NCBI GenBank assembly: GCA_039186235.1
Contig: JBCDAE010000003.1
Coordinates: 65,934-129,933 of the forward strand
DNA from: Pseudomonadota bacterium
Lineage (GTDB): Bacteria > Pseudomonadota > Alphaproteobacteria > Sphingomonadales > Sphingomonadaceae
DNA: 64,000 bases
Reading direction: 5' to 3'
Below the pieces are notes generated by a model. That model ran no database searches and was not told the DNA's origin. It saw only the letters and a list, made by a program, of their open reading frames with translations. Within the stretch, counting starts at the first letter, position 1; each line of letters opens with the position of its first letter. Of this stretch, positions 29,758 to 39,886 are shown piece by piece. A program made the translations under genes and the position numbers.

Positions 29758-30802
29758 GCGCTTCCGTCTTGCGGTTGTGTCGCACCGACCACAGGAACGA
29801 TAGGCCGATAAGCGTCGCTCCGATCAGGCCTGTGATCGTCTCATTGATGTGATAGCGAGCGGATAGCAGCATGATCACGCCCAACACGATGATCGCCCAG
29901 AACGCTCCGTGCTCCAGGAAACGGAACTGAGAGAGCGTGCCGGTTTTGACCAGATGCACGGTCATCGAGCGCACGAACATCGCGCCCACCGAGAGGCCCA
30001 GCGCAATCACGATCATGTTGTTGGAAAGGGCGAAAGCGCCGACAACGCCGTCAAAGCTGAAGCTGGCGTCGAGTACTTCGAGATAGAGAAACCCACCCAG
30101 GCCCGACCGTACGATTTCTCCTGCCGCTTTCTTGCGCGCCTCGCGTTGTTCAATCACCTCACCAAGGGCATGAACCGCGATGTAGGTGAGAAGACCAAAG
30201 ATCGCAGCGGTAAGGAAGGTCAGCGCGTCGGAGGGTTCAAGCAGCGTCGAAACCCCCGCGATGACTGAAAGGACCAAAGCGATCTCGAGCGCGGGAATAC
30301 TCGAAAAACGCGCCGCCGATTCTTCAATAGACTTGATCCAGTGGACGTCTTTCTCTTCGTCGAAGAAGAACGTGAGGCCGACCATCGAGAGGAACGCGCC
30401 GCCAAACCCGGCAATGCCGATATGCGCCGCCGAAACGATGCGTTCGTATTCTTCCGGATCCCCCAAGGATAGCTCAACCGCGGCCCAAGGGCCGATATTG
30501 GCCGCGACCGATACGATAGCGATGGGGAAGACAATCCGCATGCCGAAGACCGCGATCAAGATACCGATCGTTAGGAAGCGTTGCTGCCAGACCGGGTCCA
30601 TTTCGCGCAGCACCGTGGCGTTCACCACAGCGTTATCGAAACTGAGAGAGACTTCGAGGATCGAAAGCACAAAGACGATCCACAAGACTGTCAGCATGCC
30701 GCTTACGCTGCCGGTGCTGGCCCAGCCGTACCAAGCGGCTAGGCCCATACACACCGCGGTGAACAGCAGCGAGAAGCTGTAGTAGCGAAGCAGCGTTTGC
30801 AT
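29732..30802 (-). CDS. DUF475 / TerC-like membrane protein
   Basis: LEVSLSFDNAVVNA, FLYLEVLDASFSFDGVVGAFA, LEHGAFWAI. Confidence 0.9.
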   Translation of the reverse strand: MQTLLRYYSFSLLFTAVCMGLAAWYGWASTGSVSGMLTVLWIVFVLSILEVSLSFDNAVVNATVLREMDPVWQQRFLTIGILIAVFGMRIVFPIAIVSVAANIGPWAAVELSLGDPEEYERIVSAAHIGIAGFGGAFLSMVGLTFFFDEEKDVHWIKSIEESAARFSSIPALEIALVLSVIAGVSTLLEPSDALTFLTAAIFGLLTYIAVHALGEVIEQREARKKAAGEIVRSGLGGFLYLEVLDASFSFDGVVGAFALSNNMIVIALGLSVGAMFVRSMTVHLVKTGTLSQFRFLEHGAFWAIIVLGVIMLLSARYHINETITGLIGATLIGLSFLWSVRHNRKTEAPNSATAQT

Positions 30803-30820
30803 GATCCCTCTCGCTCGCGC

Positions 30821-31693
30821 TTAGGCTTTGGGCTGGTATGTCTGCTCTTCGCCTGGGAAGGCGCGGCTGCGCACCTCCTCGGCGTAGGTCTCGACCGTTT
30901 TCTCGATCATACCGGCAATATCGTCATACTTCTTCACGAAGCGCGGCACGCGTTCAAACATGCCAAGCATGTCTTCTGTGACCAGCACCTGGCCATCGCA
31001 TTTCGCCGAGGCTCCGATACCGATAGTGGGGCAGGAGACGGCTTCGGTCGCGGCGATGGCGATAGGCTCCACCACGCCTTCAATGACGATGCCGAAAGCG
31101 CCCGCTTGATCCAGCGCGACTGCGTCGGTCACGATCTTGTCCGCTTCGGCGTCGGAGCGTCCGCGCGCCGCGTATCCGCCGAGCACGTTCACAGCCTGCG
31201 GAGTGAGCCCGACATGGCCCATGACGGGTATTCCGCGCGAGTTCAGGAAGTCGACCGTGGGGGCCATCGCTTCACCGCCTTCCAGTTTCACGGCCGCCGC
31301 ACCGGTTTCTTTGAGGAGGAAAGCGGCGCTTTCGAAGGCTTGCTCCGGCGAGCTTTCGTAAGAGCCAAACGGCATATCGACGATGACCACCGAATGATAG
31401 CTGCCGCGCACCACCGCCGCGCCGTGATTGGCCATCATTTCCAGCGTCACCGGAATGGTGGAGGGCAGGCCGTAGATCACCTGGCCCAGCGAATCTCCGA
31501 CCAAAAGCAGGTCGCAATGCGCGTCCAAAAGCTGGGCTTGCCGAGCCGTGTAAGCGGTCAGCATCACCAGCGGCTCTTCGGTCACGCCGTCCTTTTTTCG
31601 GGCGCGAATGCGCGGGACGGTGAGGCGGCGGAGCGGCTTGGGCGTGGGGTTCGCCCGGCTGGTGCTCGTGTCGAGTTGGAAGGTCGTGGACAT
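30821..31693 (-). CDS. panB: 3-methyl-2-oxobutanoate hydroxymethyltransferase
   Basis: [39 protein letters not shown]. Confidence 0.97.
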   Translation of the reverse strand: MSTTFQLDTSTSRANPTPKPLRRLTVPRIRARKKDGVTEEPLVMLTAYTARQAQLLDAHCDLLLVGDSLGQVIYGLPSTIPVTLEMMANHGAAVVRGSYHSVVIVDMPFGSYESSPEQAFESAAFLLKETGAAAVKLEGGEAMAPTVDFLNSRGIPVMGHVGLTPQAVNVLGGYAARGRSDAEADKIVTDAVALDQAGAFGIVIEGVVEPIAIAATEAVSCPTIGIGASAKCDGQVLVTEDMLGMFERVPRFVKKYDDIAGMIEKTVETYAEEVRSRAFPGEEQTYQPKA

Positions 31694-31854
31694 GGCTTGC
31701 GCGTTTAGCGTCCGGCTTGGGTAAAGGCAAAACCCCAATTGCAGCCGCAAACAAGCCCAATTGCACCCTTGGCGCGGGGCCTGAAACATTGCACAGAGGT
31801 GACAAACGAGATCTAAGCGCTCGGGGCAGCGCGCATTCGGGGAAAATTCACTTC

Positions 31855-33255
31855 ATGGCAGCATCGGGTTCAGGCCACGAAAATTGGTCGTCGCGCAGCG
31901 CGTTTATCTTGGCCGCGGTGGGATCCGCGGTGGGTCTTGGGAACATGTGGCGTTTTCCCGCAGAGGCGGGCGAGAATGGCGGTGGCGCCTTTGTGTTGTT
32001 CTACATCTTTTGCGTGCTGCTGATCGGCTTGCCGGTGCTCTTGTCCGAGGTGTTGATCGGGCGGCACGGACAAGCCAACGCCCCTGAAAGCGTGCGACGT
32101 CTCGCGCGCGATTCCAAGGCGCCTGAAGGGTGGAGCATTCTCGCTTCGCTGGGCGTATTTGCCGCGTTTTTGATCTTGAGCTTTTATTGCGTCGTGGGCG
32201 GCTGGGTCGTCTACTACATCGGTGTGTTTCTGAGCGACCTGTTTCAGACCGGCCTTTCCGGCGGCGCGTTCGAAGGGCGCGCGGCTGAGGATATCGAAGG
32301 GCTTTTGCCAGGTCTTTTCGGAGATGGCGGGCTGATGGTCTCGCTCAATCTCGGTTTTCTAGCGGTGACGATGTTCTTCGTCGCGCGGGGCGTTTCGAGC
32401 GGTATCGAGTGGGTGGCGGTGTATCTGATGCCGTTGTTCTTTGCGCTGTTTTTGGGAATCACCGTCTACGGCGCTTTCACCGGGAATTTCGGCGAAGCGC
32501 TGAGCTATCTGTTCACCTTCGATTTCTCCAAGCTGACCGGCGAGGTCATGTTGGCTGCTGTGGGGCAGGCGTTCTTCTCCTTGTCGCTGGGTGTGGCCGG
32601 GATGATGACGTACGGTGCTTACGCCAGCCGCGAGACCAATCTGGCTGAGACAAGCGGAATCATTGCAAGCGCGGACACAGCGGTGGCGATGTTGGCGGGT
32701 CTGGCGATTTTTCCGATCGTGTTCGCCGCCGGTCTCTCGGCGAGCGCAGGGCCAGGCTTGATGTTCCAATCTCTGCCGATTGCGTTTCAGGCGATGCCTT
32801 TCGGCTCTCTTATCGGGCTGCTTTTTTTCACGATGGTGTTTTTCGCAGCTTTGACCAGTTCGGTTTCGCTGCTTGAGGCGCCGGTGGCTTGGGTCTTTGA
32901 GAAGTTCAACATGAAACGGCCGGTTGCGACCATTTTGGTCGGTGTCGGCGCGGCAGTGCTGGGCGTGTTCTCCTCGCTTTCATTCAACGAAATGGCGGAG
33001 TTTTATCCTCTCGTCTTCATCCCGATTTTTGCAGAGGCGAATTTCTTCGACGCGCTTGATGGGGTGACAGCCAAGCTGTTTATGCCGATCGGAGCGATTT
33101 TGACCTGTGTGTTTGTGGGCTGGATCGCGGACGCTAAGTTGGTCGATCAAGAAAACGGGCTCGATGGGGCGCTGCACAAATTGTGGCGCGCTCTGGTGCG
33201 GTTTGTGTGCCCAGTGGTGTTGGTGGTGATTATGCTGGTCGGCCTGTTCGGCTAG
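31855..33255 (+). CDS. Sodium-dependent transporter (NSS/SNF family)
   Basis: GSAVGLGNMWRFP, GQAFFSLSLG, AALTSSVSLLE. Confidence 0.94.
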   Translation: MAASGSGHENWSSRSAFILAAVGSAVGLGNMWRFPAEAGENGGGAFVLFYIFCVLLIGLPVLLSEVLIGRHGQANAPESVRRLARDSKAPEGWSILASLGVFAAFLILSFYCVVGGWVVYYIGVFLSDLFQTGLSGGAFEGRAAEDIEGLLPGLFGDGGLMVSLNLGFLAVTMFFVARGVSSGIEWVAVYLMPLFFALFLGITVYGAFTGNFGEALSYLFTFDFSKLTGEVMLAAVGQAFFSLSLGVAGMMTYGAYASRETNLAETSGIIASADTAVAMLAGLAIFPIVFAAGLSASAGPGLMFQSLPIAFQAMPFGSLIGLLFFTMVFFAALTSSVSLLEAPVAWVFEKFNMKRPVATILVGVGAAVLGVFSSLSFNEMAEFYPLVFIPIFAEANFFDALDGVTAKLFMPIGAILTCVFVGWIADAKLVDQENGLDGALHKLWRALVRFVCPVVLVVIMLVGLFG

Positions 33256-33311
33256 GCCTTCCCTCACACATGGGTTTGCGGAACACCCATTGCATTCGTC
33301 CCATATGTGTG

Positions 33312-33326
33312 GAACATAATAGGAAC
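33312..33326 (+). promoter_or_regulatory. Alphaproteobacterial LexA (SOS) box upstream of imuA
   Basis: GAAC-ATAATAG-GAAC, exact GAAC-N7-GAAC. Confidence 0.85.
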
Positions 33327-33339
33327 AAATAGACTCGCA

Positions 33340-34302
33340 ATGAGTCTGCCTAAGTGTTCTATGACCCGTTTGAATGCCTCTTCCAGCGCGCGTGCGCTTC
33401 GTGATTTTCCCGTGCCTTCGCGCTCTAAAAGCGCAGCCGATTCAGCGGCGTGCCTGAGTGATGCGACGCTGTCGGCGCGCGATATCGCCGCGATCTCCAG
33501 GGCGCGCGAGGCGCGTTGGCGTCCCGGATTGTTGGATCAGCCGCTGCACAGCGAAGTTTTTGCGAGCGCGCGCGAGGCCAGCGGAGTGGGGCTGGCGCTG
33601 GCCTTGGCGCGCGACGCTTTGCGAAGCGCGTCCAGCGCGGATGATCCTCTCGCGGAAGCGCAGGATCGACGTCAGATTTTATGGGTGCAAGACGCGCGTG
33701 CGATCCGGCTAGGAGGGCGGCCTTATCGCCATGGGCTGCCGCGCGAGATGCGCGACCGTTTGATCCATGTCGAGGCCAAGACCCCGGAGGACGCGCTCTT
33801 TGCGCTGGAAGAAGGGCTGCGCTGCCGCGATCTGGCCTGCGTGATCGGGGAAATCGTCGGGAATCCGCGCGCGCTCGATTTCACCGCCTCGCGCCGGCTG
33901 AGTCTCGCAGCGGAAAAGCACCGCGTGCCCTTGTGGTTGGTGCGGATCGACGCGGAGCCGGATCTCTCCTCAGCGCGGATGCGCTGGCGTGCGGAGCCTG
34001 CGACTTCGCAAGCTCCGCGTTGGAACGCGCACGCTCCTGGACAGCCAAGCTTGCGCGCCGAGCTGTTCCGTGCGCGTTCCCACGCTCCCGGACAATGGAT
34101 TATAAGCGATGACGAAACCGCTCTTAGAGCCCAGCGCCCTGAACGAGCCGAGCCCGCGCTCCAACCGCTTGGACCCGCGCTCGCGCGAAAGCGGCGCTTC
34201 TGGCGGTCGAGTGGCCCTTCTGCGCCAAAGTCAGCGCCGGATCCTTGCCATTTGGTGCGCGCGACTGTCGGTCGATCGCTGGCGGCTCACGCAAGGGCTT
34301 GA
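33340..34302 (+). CDS. imuA: ImuA, RecA-like mutagenesis protein (start uncertain: 33340 or 33361)
   Basis: LWVQD, ALFALEEGLRC..LACVIGE, RRLSLAAE; LexA box; precedes imuB. Confidence 0.88.
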   Translation: MSLPKCSMTRLNASSSARALRDFPVPSRSKSAADSAACLSDATLSARDIAAISRAREARWRPGLLDQPLHSEVFASAREASGVGLALALARDALRSASSADDPLAEAQDRRQILWVQDARAIRLGGRPYRHGLPREMRDRLIHVEAKTPEDALFALEEGLRCRDLACVIGEIVGNPRALDFTASRRLSLAAEKHRVPLWLVRIDAEPDLSSARMRWRAEPATSQAPRWNAHAPGQPSLRAELFRARSHAPGQWIISDDETALRAQRPERAEPALQPLGPALARKRRFWRSSGPSAPKSAPDPCHLVRATVGRSLAAHARA

Positions 34303-35821
34303 ACGCGGCGAGGGCGCGGACGCCAAACCTATCGCGCTGATCACAGAGACTGCGCATGGTCCCCGCATCGAAGCCGTGAACGACGCCGCGCGCGAAGGCG
34401 GCGCGCATATTGGCACGACGCTGGCCGACGCGCGCGCTGTGTGCCCAGCTCTTGAAGCGATACCGTCCGATCCGGCGGGCGATCTTGCCTTTCTGGAAAA
34501 GCTGGCTGTGTGGGCGCAGCGCTGGGGGCCATGGAGCGCTCTCGACGCGCCGGATGGGATAATCGTTGATGTGAGCGCGGTGGCCCATCTGTTCGGCGGG
34601 GAGGCGCGGCTTGTCGCCGATGTCGAAGCCGCCTTTGCGGCGCGCAAGCTGGCGGTGCGCTGCGCGATAGCGCCCACGGCGGGCGCGGCCTGGGCCTTGG
34701 CGCATTACGGGCCCGCAGGGGCGATTGTCGAGGGGCAGGACGCGTCTCAGATTCATCGTGCGCTCGCCGATCTGCCCGTGGCGGCTTTGCGGCTTGATGC
34801 TGACGTCCTGACCGTTCTGCGCCGTCTGGGTCTGAAGTCTTTGGGTCAGCTTGCCGGAGTGGCCAATGGAGAGGACAGCGACCTTGGCCGCGCTTCGGGA
34901 CGCGACGCGCTCCAGCGCCGCTTCCGCAACCGCAAATCACCCTCCGCCAATCCACTGGTCCGTCTTGACCAATTGCTGGGGGGCGTCCCTGAGCCTTTGC
35001 TGCCCATCATTCCTCAAGCCATGCCGCTGGTTCAGCGTCGCCTGATGGAGCCGATCCGTCACCGCTCGCTGCTCGATACGGTGCTGGAAGATCTCGCTCA
35101 GGATATGGCGCGCGCGCTTGAGGGACGTGGGGAGGGCGCGCGGCGGCTCGAATTGGGGCTTTGGCGGGTTGATGGCGAGGTGGTGGTGCGTCAGCTTGAA
35201 CTGGCCGCCGCGACGCGTGAGGCGGCGCATATAACGCGGCTTTTTGCCGCCAAGCTGGACGATGTCGAAGCGGGCTTCGGAATTGAAACCGTGCGGTTGC
35301 GCGCCAGTTGGGCTGAACCGCTTGACGTCGACCAAAGTGATATGGAGCAAGCCTGTGACCGGCATGGCACTTCGCTGAGCGCTTTCGTTGACCGCCTGAC
35401 CGCGCGCCTGGGGGCGTATGCGGTGCGCCGTCCCGTGGGCTACCCCAGCCATTGCCCCGAGCGCGCGCAGCGTTGGCAGCCCCCTTTAGAGCTCCAAACG
35501 ACCTTACAGATGAACTTAGAATTCCATGACAGGCCACTTAAAATATTGGATAAACCAGAAAAAGTTGCTGTTCTTTACGCGACGCCTGATGGGTTTCCCC
35601 AGAGGTTCCGATGGCGCGATAAGGTGCGCGAAGTGGCGCGGGTGGAAGGCCCGGAACGCCTTGCTCCCGAATGGTGGCGCGAGAAATCGACGACACGTTT
35701 GCGCGACTATTACCGGATCGAAGACGAGGCCGGGGGACGCTACTGGATTTACCGAGATGGGATAGCTGGCGATGGTCGCGGCGGACTTCCGGATTGGTAC
35801 CTGCAAGGGCTCTTCGCTTAG
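34211..35821 (+). CDS. imuB: ImuB, Y-family polymerase-like protein (start uncertain)
   Basis: GTTLADARAVCP, RWGPWSALD, IAPTAGAAWALA, GPERLAPEWW, RDYYRIEDE.G.RYW. Confidence 0.92.
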   Translation: MALLRQSQRRILAIWCARLSVDRWRLTQGLERGEGADAKPIALITETAHGPRIEAVNDAAREGGAHIGTTLADARAVCPALEAIPSDPAGDLAFLEKLAVWAQRWGPWSALDAPDGIIVDVSAVAHLFGGEARLVADVEAAFAARKLAVRCAIAPTAGAAWALAHYGPAGAIVEGQDASQIHRALADLPVAALRLDADVLTVLRRLGLKSLGQLAGVANGEDSDLGRASGRDALQRRFRNRKSPSANPLVRLDQLLGGVPEPLLPIIPQAMPLVQRRLMEPIRHRSLLDTVLEDLAQDMARALEGRGEGARRLELGLWRVDGEVVVRQLELAAATREAAHITRLFAAKLDDVEAGFGIETVRLRASWAEPLDVDQSDMEQACDRHGTSLSAFVDRLTARLGAYAVRRPVGYPSHCPERAQRWQPPLELQTTLQMNLEFHDRPLKILDKPEKVAVLYATPDGFPQRFRWRDKVREVARVEGPERLAPEWWREKSTTRLRDYYRIEDEAGGRYWIYRDGIAGDGRGGLPDWYLQGLFA

Positions 35822-35882
35822 CTCGCTAGACGGTCAAACCACCTAAGCCACCAGTGCATCAGCCGTGACGTCAAGAATATGG

Positions 35883-35920
35883 TTAAACGGTGTTCACCTG
35901 CGCGCTTAAGATTCCTTTAC
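35883..35920 (+). promoter_or_regulatory. Possible CtrA-like sites upstream of PilZ gene
   Basis: TTAA-N7-TCAC (35883-35897) and TTAA-N7-TTAC (35906-35920). Confidence 0.4.
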
Positions 35921-35942
35921 ACTTTTGTGCGATCTCAGCGGC

Positions 35943-36281
35943 ATGACCATTGACTCAATCACACGCTCATCGGATCGGCGCCCGCTTCGCCTGCTTGTGA
36001 AAAGCCGGGTTCAGTCGCGCGTCGTCTTTGTGGACCTCATCGACATATCCGAAGGGGGCTGCAAACTCTTAGGCGGCAATGGCTTCGCCCGTGTCGGCGA
36101 TCGGATTGTCATCAAGGTAGGACAGGTCAACGCGCCTTTGGGTACCGTCGCGTGGATGGACGGGCGCACCGCTGGCGTGGCGTTTGATGGGGAAATGCAT
36201 TCGGCTGTGCTCGATCATTTGTGCGCCAGTCTGAACCCGCCGATTAAAGAGCGTCTGAAAGCGAGCAACGCGGCGAGCTGA
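35943..36281 (+). CDS. Single-domain PilZ protein
   Basis: RxxxR-like (RSSDRR) and DISEGG motif; GVAFD. Confidence 0.85.
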   Translation: MTIDSITRSSDRRPLRLLVKSRVQSRVVFVDLIDISEGGCKLLGGNGFARVGDRIVIKVGQVNAPLGTVAWMDGRTAGVAFDGEMHSAVLDHLCASLNPPIKERLKASNAAS

Positions 36282-36479
36282 TCAAGACGGCAAGACGCTT
36301 GCGATTGATCCGAATCCCGCCGATCTCTCGCGCAACCACAAAACACCAGAATCGCTGGAACAAGGCGAACCGCGCTGACATAGATACGTCGCGCGTCCAA
36401 TCGACGCGCACGCAATATCTTTGCGTTTCCTGACAACCGCCCTGTCCCCCGCAAATGCAGGGCTTTAAGGAGATGAAAT

Positions 36480-37079
36480 GTGAACCCCCCCTTATTCGCA
36501 CTCGCATCCACGCTGTCTGTCTTCTCCTTGGCGATATCAGCCGCCGCGCAACCTCTCGCCCCCCTTGGCGCGAACACACCGCGCGCGCCGACCGAAGAAC
36601 AATTGCGCTGCATCACCGAAGAGGAAGTGGTGGCCGCTCAACTCGCCTGGGGTGAGGGCATTGTGGCCATTGGCAAAGCCTACAGCGAGGGCGGCGATTA
36701 CACGAAGGCCGCCGCTGAGCACATCAACACCTTCTACGCCTACGATATGGCGACGGTGCTGTTCAAACCGACGCTTGCGTCCGACGACCAGTTTCGCCTG
36801 ACTTTTGATGGGGCCTTGTCTTACTTCGTGGGCGGCAACGCGTCCTACCCCGAAGATGGCGGCTTTGCGATCAAGCCATGGTCAAAAGTGCGCTGGAAGA
36901 ACGCCGGGATCACCAACAATGTCTGTCATATGGCGGTGGCTATGGGGAATTACTACTTCACCCCGGTCGAAGGTGGTGAAGAGACCAAGGTGGAATACAC
37001 GATTGGCTATATCCGCGACGCGGAGGGCGATCTGCGTATGATGATCCATAAATCAACCATCCCGTATAACGGTGGTTGA
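36480..37079 (+). CDS. Exported COG4337-like protein, candidate iota-class carbonic anhydrase
   Basis: AAGGAG RBS, signal peptide, VLFKPTLA, GALSYFVGG, GFAIKPW, AMGNYYF, KVEYT, C-terminal IHKSTIPY. Confidence 0.72.
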   Translation: MNPPLFALASTLSVFSLAISAAAQPLAPLGANTPRAPTEEQLRCITEEEVVAAQLAWGEGIVAIGKAYSEGGDYTKAAAEHINTFYAYDMATVLFKPTLASDDQFRLTFDGALSYFVGGNASYPEDGGFAIKPWSKVRWKNAGITNNVCHMAVAMGNYYFTPVEGGEETKVEYTIGYIRDAEGDLRMMIHKSTIPYNGG

Positions 37080-37090
37080 TTGCATTTGTT

Positions 37091-37126
37091 TGCAAGCCGT
37101 GCCTGGTTCAGCCAGCGCGGCTTGCA
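37091..37126. terminator. Hairpin between COG4337 gene and SOS promoter
   Basis: TGCAAGCCGTG/CGCGGCTTGCA 11-bp stem plus inner CTGG/CCAG. Confidence 0.55.
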
Positions 37127-37143
37127 CGCTTTGCATTTGTAGA

Positions 37144-37169
37144 GAACAGCTTTGGAACATATAAAGAAC
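37144..37169 (+). promoter_or_regulatory. Tandem LexA boxes upstream of radical SAM operon
   Basis: GAAC-AGCTTTG-GAAC-ATATAAA-GAAC (two overlapping GAAC-N7-GAAC). Confidence 0.85.
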
Positions 37170-37182
37170 AAAAGGTTCTTTT

Positions 37183-38421
37183 ATGACTCAGCTAACTCTG
37201 CGCGAAAAACTCGAAATTCTGGCCGATGCAGCCAAGTATGACGCTTCATGCGCGTCCTCCGGCACGGCCAAGAAGAACTCGCTGGGCGGCAAGGGGATTG
37301 GGTCCACCGAGGGGATGGGCATTTGCCACGCCTACGCGCCCGATGGCCGGTGCATCTCTCTCCTCAAAATTCTGCTGACCAATCACTGCATTTTCGATTG
37401 TCACTACTGCATCAACCGCAAGAGCTCGAACGTGCGCCGCGCGCGTTTTACACCGCAGGAAGTCGCGGACCTCACGCTCAATTTCTATCGCCGCAACTAT
37501 ATCGAGGGGCTGTTTCTCTCATCGGGTATCATCAAGAGCTCGAACCACACGATGGAGCTGCTTGTTGAGGTCGCTCGGATTCTGCGCGAAGAACACGATT
37601 TTCGCGGCTACATCCATTTGAAGACGATACCCGAGGCCGATCCCGAGCTGATCCATCAGGCTGGGCTTTATGCGGATCGAGTCTCGATCAATGTCGAACT
37701 GCCGACCAAGAAAGGCCTCACGCGCCTCGCGCCCGACAAGGACGAGGGCACGATTGAAGGCGCGATGCACAAGACCAAGGCGCGCATCATCGAGGCGAAG
37801 GACGAAAGGAAGCGATTCAAACACGCGCCGCGCTTTGCGCCCGCGGGTCAGTCGACACAGATGATTGTGGGCGCGGACGATGCAAACGACGCGGCGATCG
37901 TCACCAAGGCGAGCGGTCTGTACAAAGGTTTTGGCCTGAGGCGGGTCTATTACAGCGCCTTCTCGCCGATCCCGGACGCGAGCGCTGTTCTGCCTCTGAA
38001 ACGTCCGCCCCTCATGCGCGAGCACCGTCTCTACCAGTCTGATTGGCTGATGCGGTTTTACGGCTACGCGCCGCAAGAGGTGGCACGGGCGACAGGCAAA
38101 GACGGCAACCTGCCGCTCGATATCGATCCCAAGCTCGCTTGGGCGCTGAAGTTCCGTGAGCACTTCCCGGTTGATGTGAACCGCGCTTCGAAGGAGCAGC
38201 TTTTGCGGGTGCCAGGGCTGGGCACAGTGGCGGTGCAGCGCATTCTGCGCGCGCGGCGGCATCGCACTTTGCGGCTTGATGATGTGGCCAAGCTCACCCA
38301 GTCGATCACCAAGGTGCGCCCCTTCCTGATCGCGCTCGATTGGCGACCGACCACGCTAACGGACCGGGCGGATCTGCGCAGTCTGCTCGCGCCGAAATCG
38401 GAACAGTTGGAGCTGTTCTGA
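37183..38421 (+). CDS. Putative DNA modification/repair radical SAM protein with C-terminal HhH (TIGR03916-like)
   Basis: CIFDCHYC (CxxxCxxC), DAAKYDASCASSG, REHRLYQSDW, LLRVPGLG. Confidence 0.93.
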   Translation: MTQLTLREKLEILADAAKYDASCASSGTAKKNSLGGKGIGSTEGMGICHAYAPDGRCISLLKILLTNHCIFDCHYCINRKSSNVRRARFTPQEVADLTLNFYRRNYIEGLFLSSGIIKSSNHTMELLVEVARILREEHDFRGYIHLKTIPEADPELIHQAGLYADRVSINVELPTKKGLTRLAPDKDEGTIEGAMHKTKARIIEAKDERKRFKHAPRFAPAGQSTQMIVGADDANDAAIVTKASGLYKGFGLRRVYYSAFSPIPDASAVLPLKRPPLMREHRLYQSDWLMRFYGYAPQEVARATGKDGNLPLDIDPKLAWALKFREHFPVDVNRASKEQLLRVPGLGTVAVQRILRARRHRTLRLDDVAKLTQSITKVRPFLIALDWRPTTLTDRADLRSLLAPKSEQLELF

Positions 38422-38431
38422 TGGTGGCCCA

Positions 38432-39883
38432 ATGACAGCTATGCAGAACGTATCCTTGGGCGCGCATTATGTCGTCTACCTGCCGGAGCCGGATGATTTC
38501 GCCTTCTGGCGCGAGCGGGCGCGGGGCCTGATCCAGTGCGATGTACCACCGGACCGCGTCTCGTGGGTGGAGCCGGGCGGGACGGGCGATCTGTTCGCGC
38601 AAGAAGGGCCATCGCGGGGTGAGCGCCGCTTGCCGGTGCCGGGTGAGGATGCGCGCCAAGTCCGCGCCTCGAAGCGCTTTATGAGCCTCGCGCGCAACGC
38701 CGCGCTGCATTCCGACCCTGAGCGCTTCAGCCTGCTCTATCGTTTGCTCTGGCGGCTTCAGTCGAATTCGCGCTGCATGGAAGACAAGGCCGACCCGGAT
38801 GTGCGCCGTGTCGAAGAGCTCGACAAATCGGTGCGGCGCGACAGCCATAAAATGCACGCCTTTGTCCGCTTTCGCGAAGTTACCGATGACAGCGGCGCGG
38901 AGCACTACGTGGCCTGGTTTGAGCCCGATCACCACATTGTACGCGCCAATGCTGGCTTCTTCATGCGCCGCTTTGCCAATATGAATTGGTCGATCCTCAC
39001 CCCGCGCGGATGCTTGCATTGGGACGGGACTACGATGCGCGAAAGCGGCCCAGCGCGCCGTGAGGACGCGCCCAGCGGCGACCCGGTCGAGGCGCTTTGG
39101 AAGTCGTATTACTCCTCCATCTTCAACCCCGCGCGCCTGAAAGTCGGCGCGATGCTGGCGGAGATGCCCAAGAAATACTGGAAAAATATGCCTGAAGCTG
39201 AGCTCATCCCTGAGCTGATCGCCGGAGCGCAGGCGCGTGAGGCGGGGATGGTGGCGGCCGGAGCACGGGAGGAGCGGAACCGGCCGCATACCCTCGAAGC
39301 GATCGCGCAAGGCATGGTGGCCTGCCGCGACTGCCCGATTACCGAATGCGGGACGCGTAGCGTGATGGGCGAGGGCGCGGTGGAAGCGCCGCTGATGATT
39401 GTAGGCGAGCAGCCGGGCGATCACGAAGACGAGCAGGGCAAACCCTTTGTGGGGCCAGCGGGGCAATTGCTTGATGAATATCTTGCGCAGGCCGGGATCA
39501 ACCGCTCGCAGGCTTACGTCACCAACGCGGTCAAACACTTCAAGTTCACTTGGAAAGGCAAGCGCCGCCTCCACCAATCGCCCACCGCCAAAGAGATCGA
39601 CACCTGCCGCTGGTGGCTCGAAGCCGAGCGCAGCGTTGTTAAACCATGCGTTGTCTTGGCTCTGGGCGCGAGCGCGGCGCGGGGCCTGCTTGGCAAAACG
39701 GTCAGTATCGCCCGCGCGCGAGGCGCGCCGATTGAACTCGAAGACGGGTCAGAGCTGTGGGTCACTGCGCACCCCTCCTATCTGTTGCGTCTCGGCGGCT
39801 CCGCGCGCGCAGAGCAGGCGGTCAAGTTTGCCGAAGACCTTGCGGCTGTGAAGGCGCGGTTGATCCAAATCGCCGGCTGCTAG
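38432..39883 (+). CDS. DUF4130 domain fused to UdgX-type uracil-DNA binding protein
   Basis: HKMHAFVRF and YWKNMPE (DUF4130); CRDC, GEQPGD.ED, KRRLHQSP, HPSYLLR (UdgX). Confidence 0.9.
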   Translation: MTAMQNVSLGAHYVVYLPEPDDFAFWRERARGLIQCDVPPDRVSWVEPGGTGDLFAQEGPSRGERRLPVPGEDARQVRASKRFMSLARNAALHSDPERFSLLYRLLWRLQSNSRCMEDKADPDVRRVEELDKSVRRDSHKMHAFVRFREVTDDSGAEHYVAWFEPDHHIVRANAGFFMRRFANMNWSILTPRGCLHWDGTTMRESGPARREDAPSGDPVEALWKSYYSSIFNPARLKVGAMLAEMPKKYWKNMPEAELIPELIAGAQAREAGMVAAGAREERNRPHTLEAIAQGMVACRDCPITECGTRSVMGEGAVEAPLMIVGEQPGDHEDEQGKPFVGPAGQLLDEYLAQAGINRSQAYVTNAVKHFKFTWKGKRRLHQSPTAKEIDTCRWWLEAERSVVKPCVVLALGASAARGLLGKTVSIARARGAPIELEDGSELWVTAHPSYLLRLGGSARAEQAVKFAEDLAAVKARLIQIAGC

Positions 39884-39886
39884 GCC

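Noticed and set aside
36473-36491. C7 tract at the start of the COG4337 gene as a phase-variation switch
   Set aside because: Short tract in GC-rich DNA, and the GTG frame is intact with a well-spaced RBS
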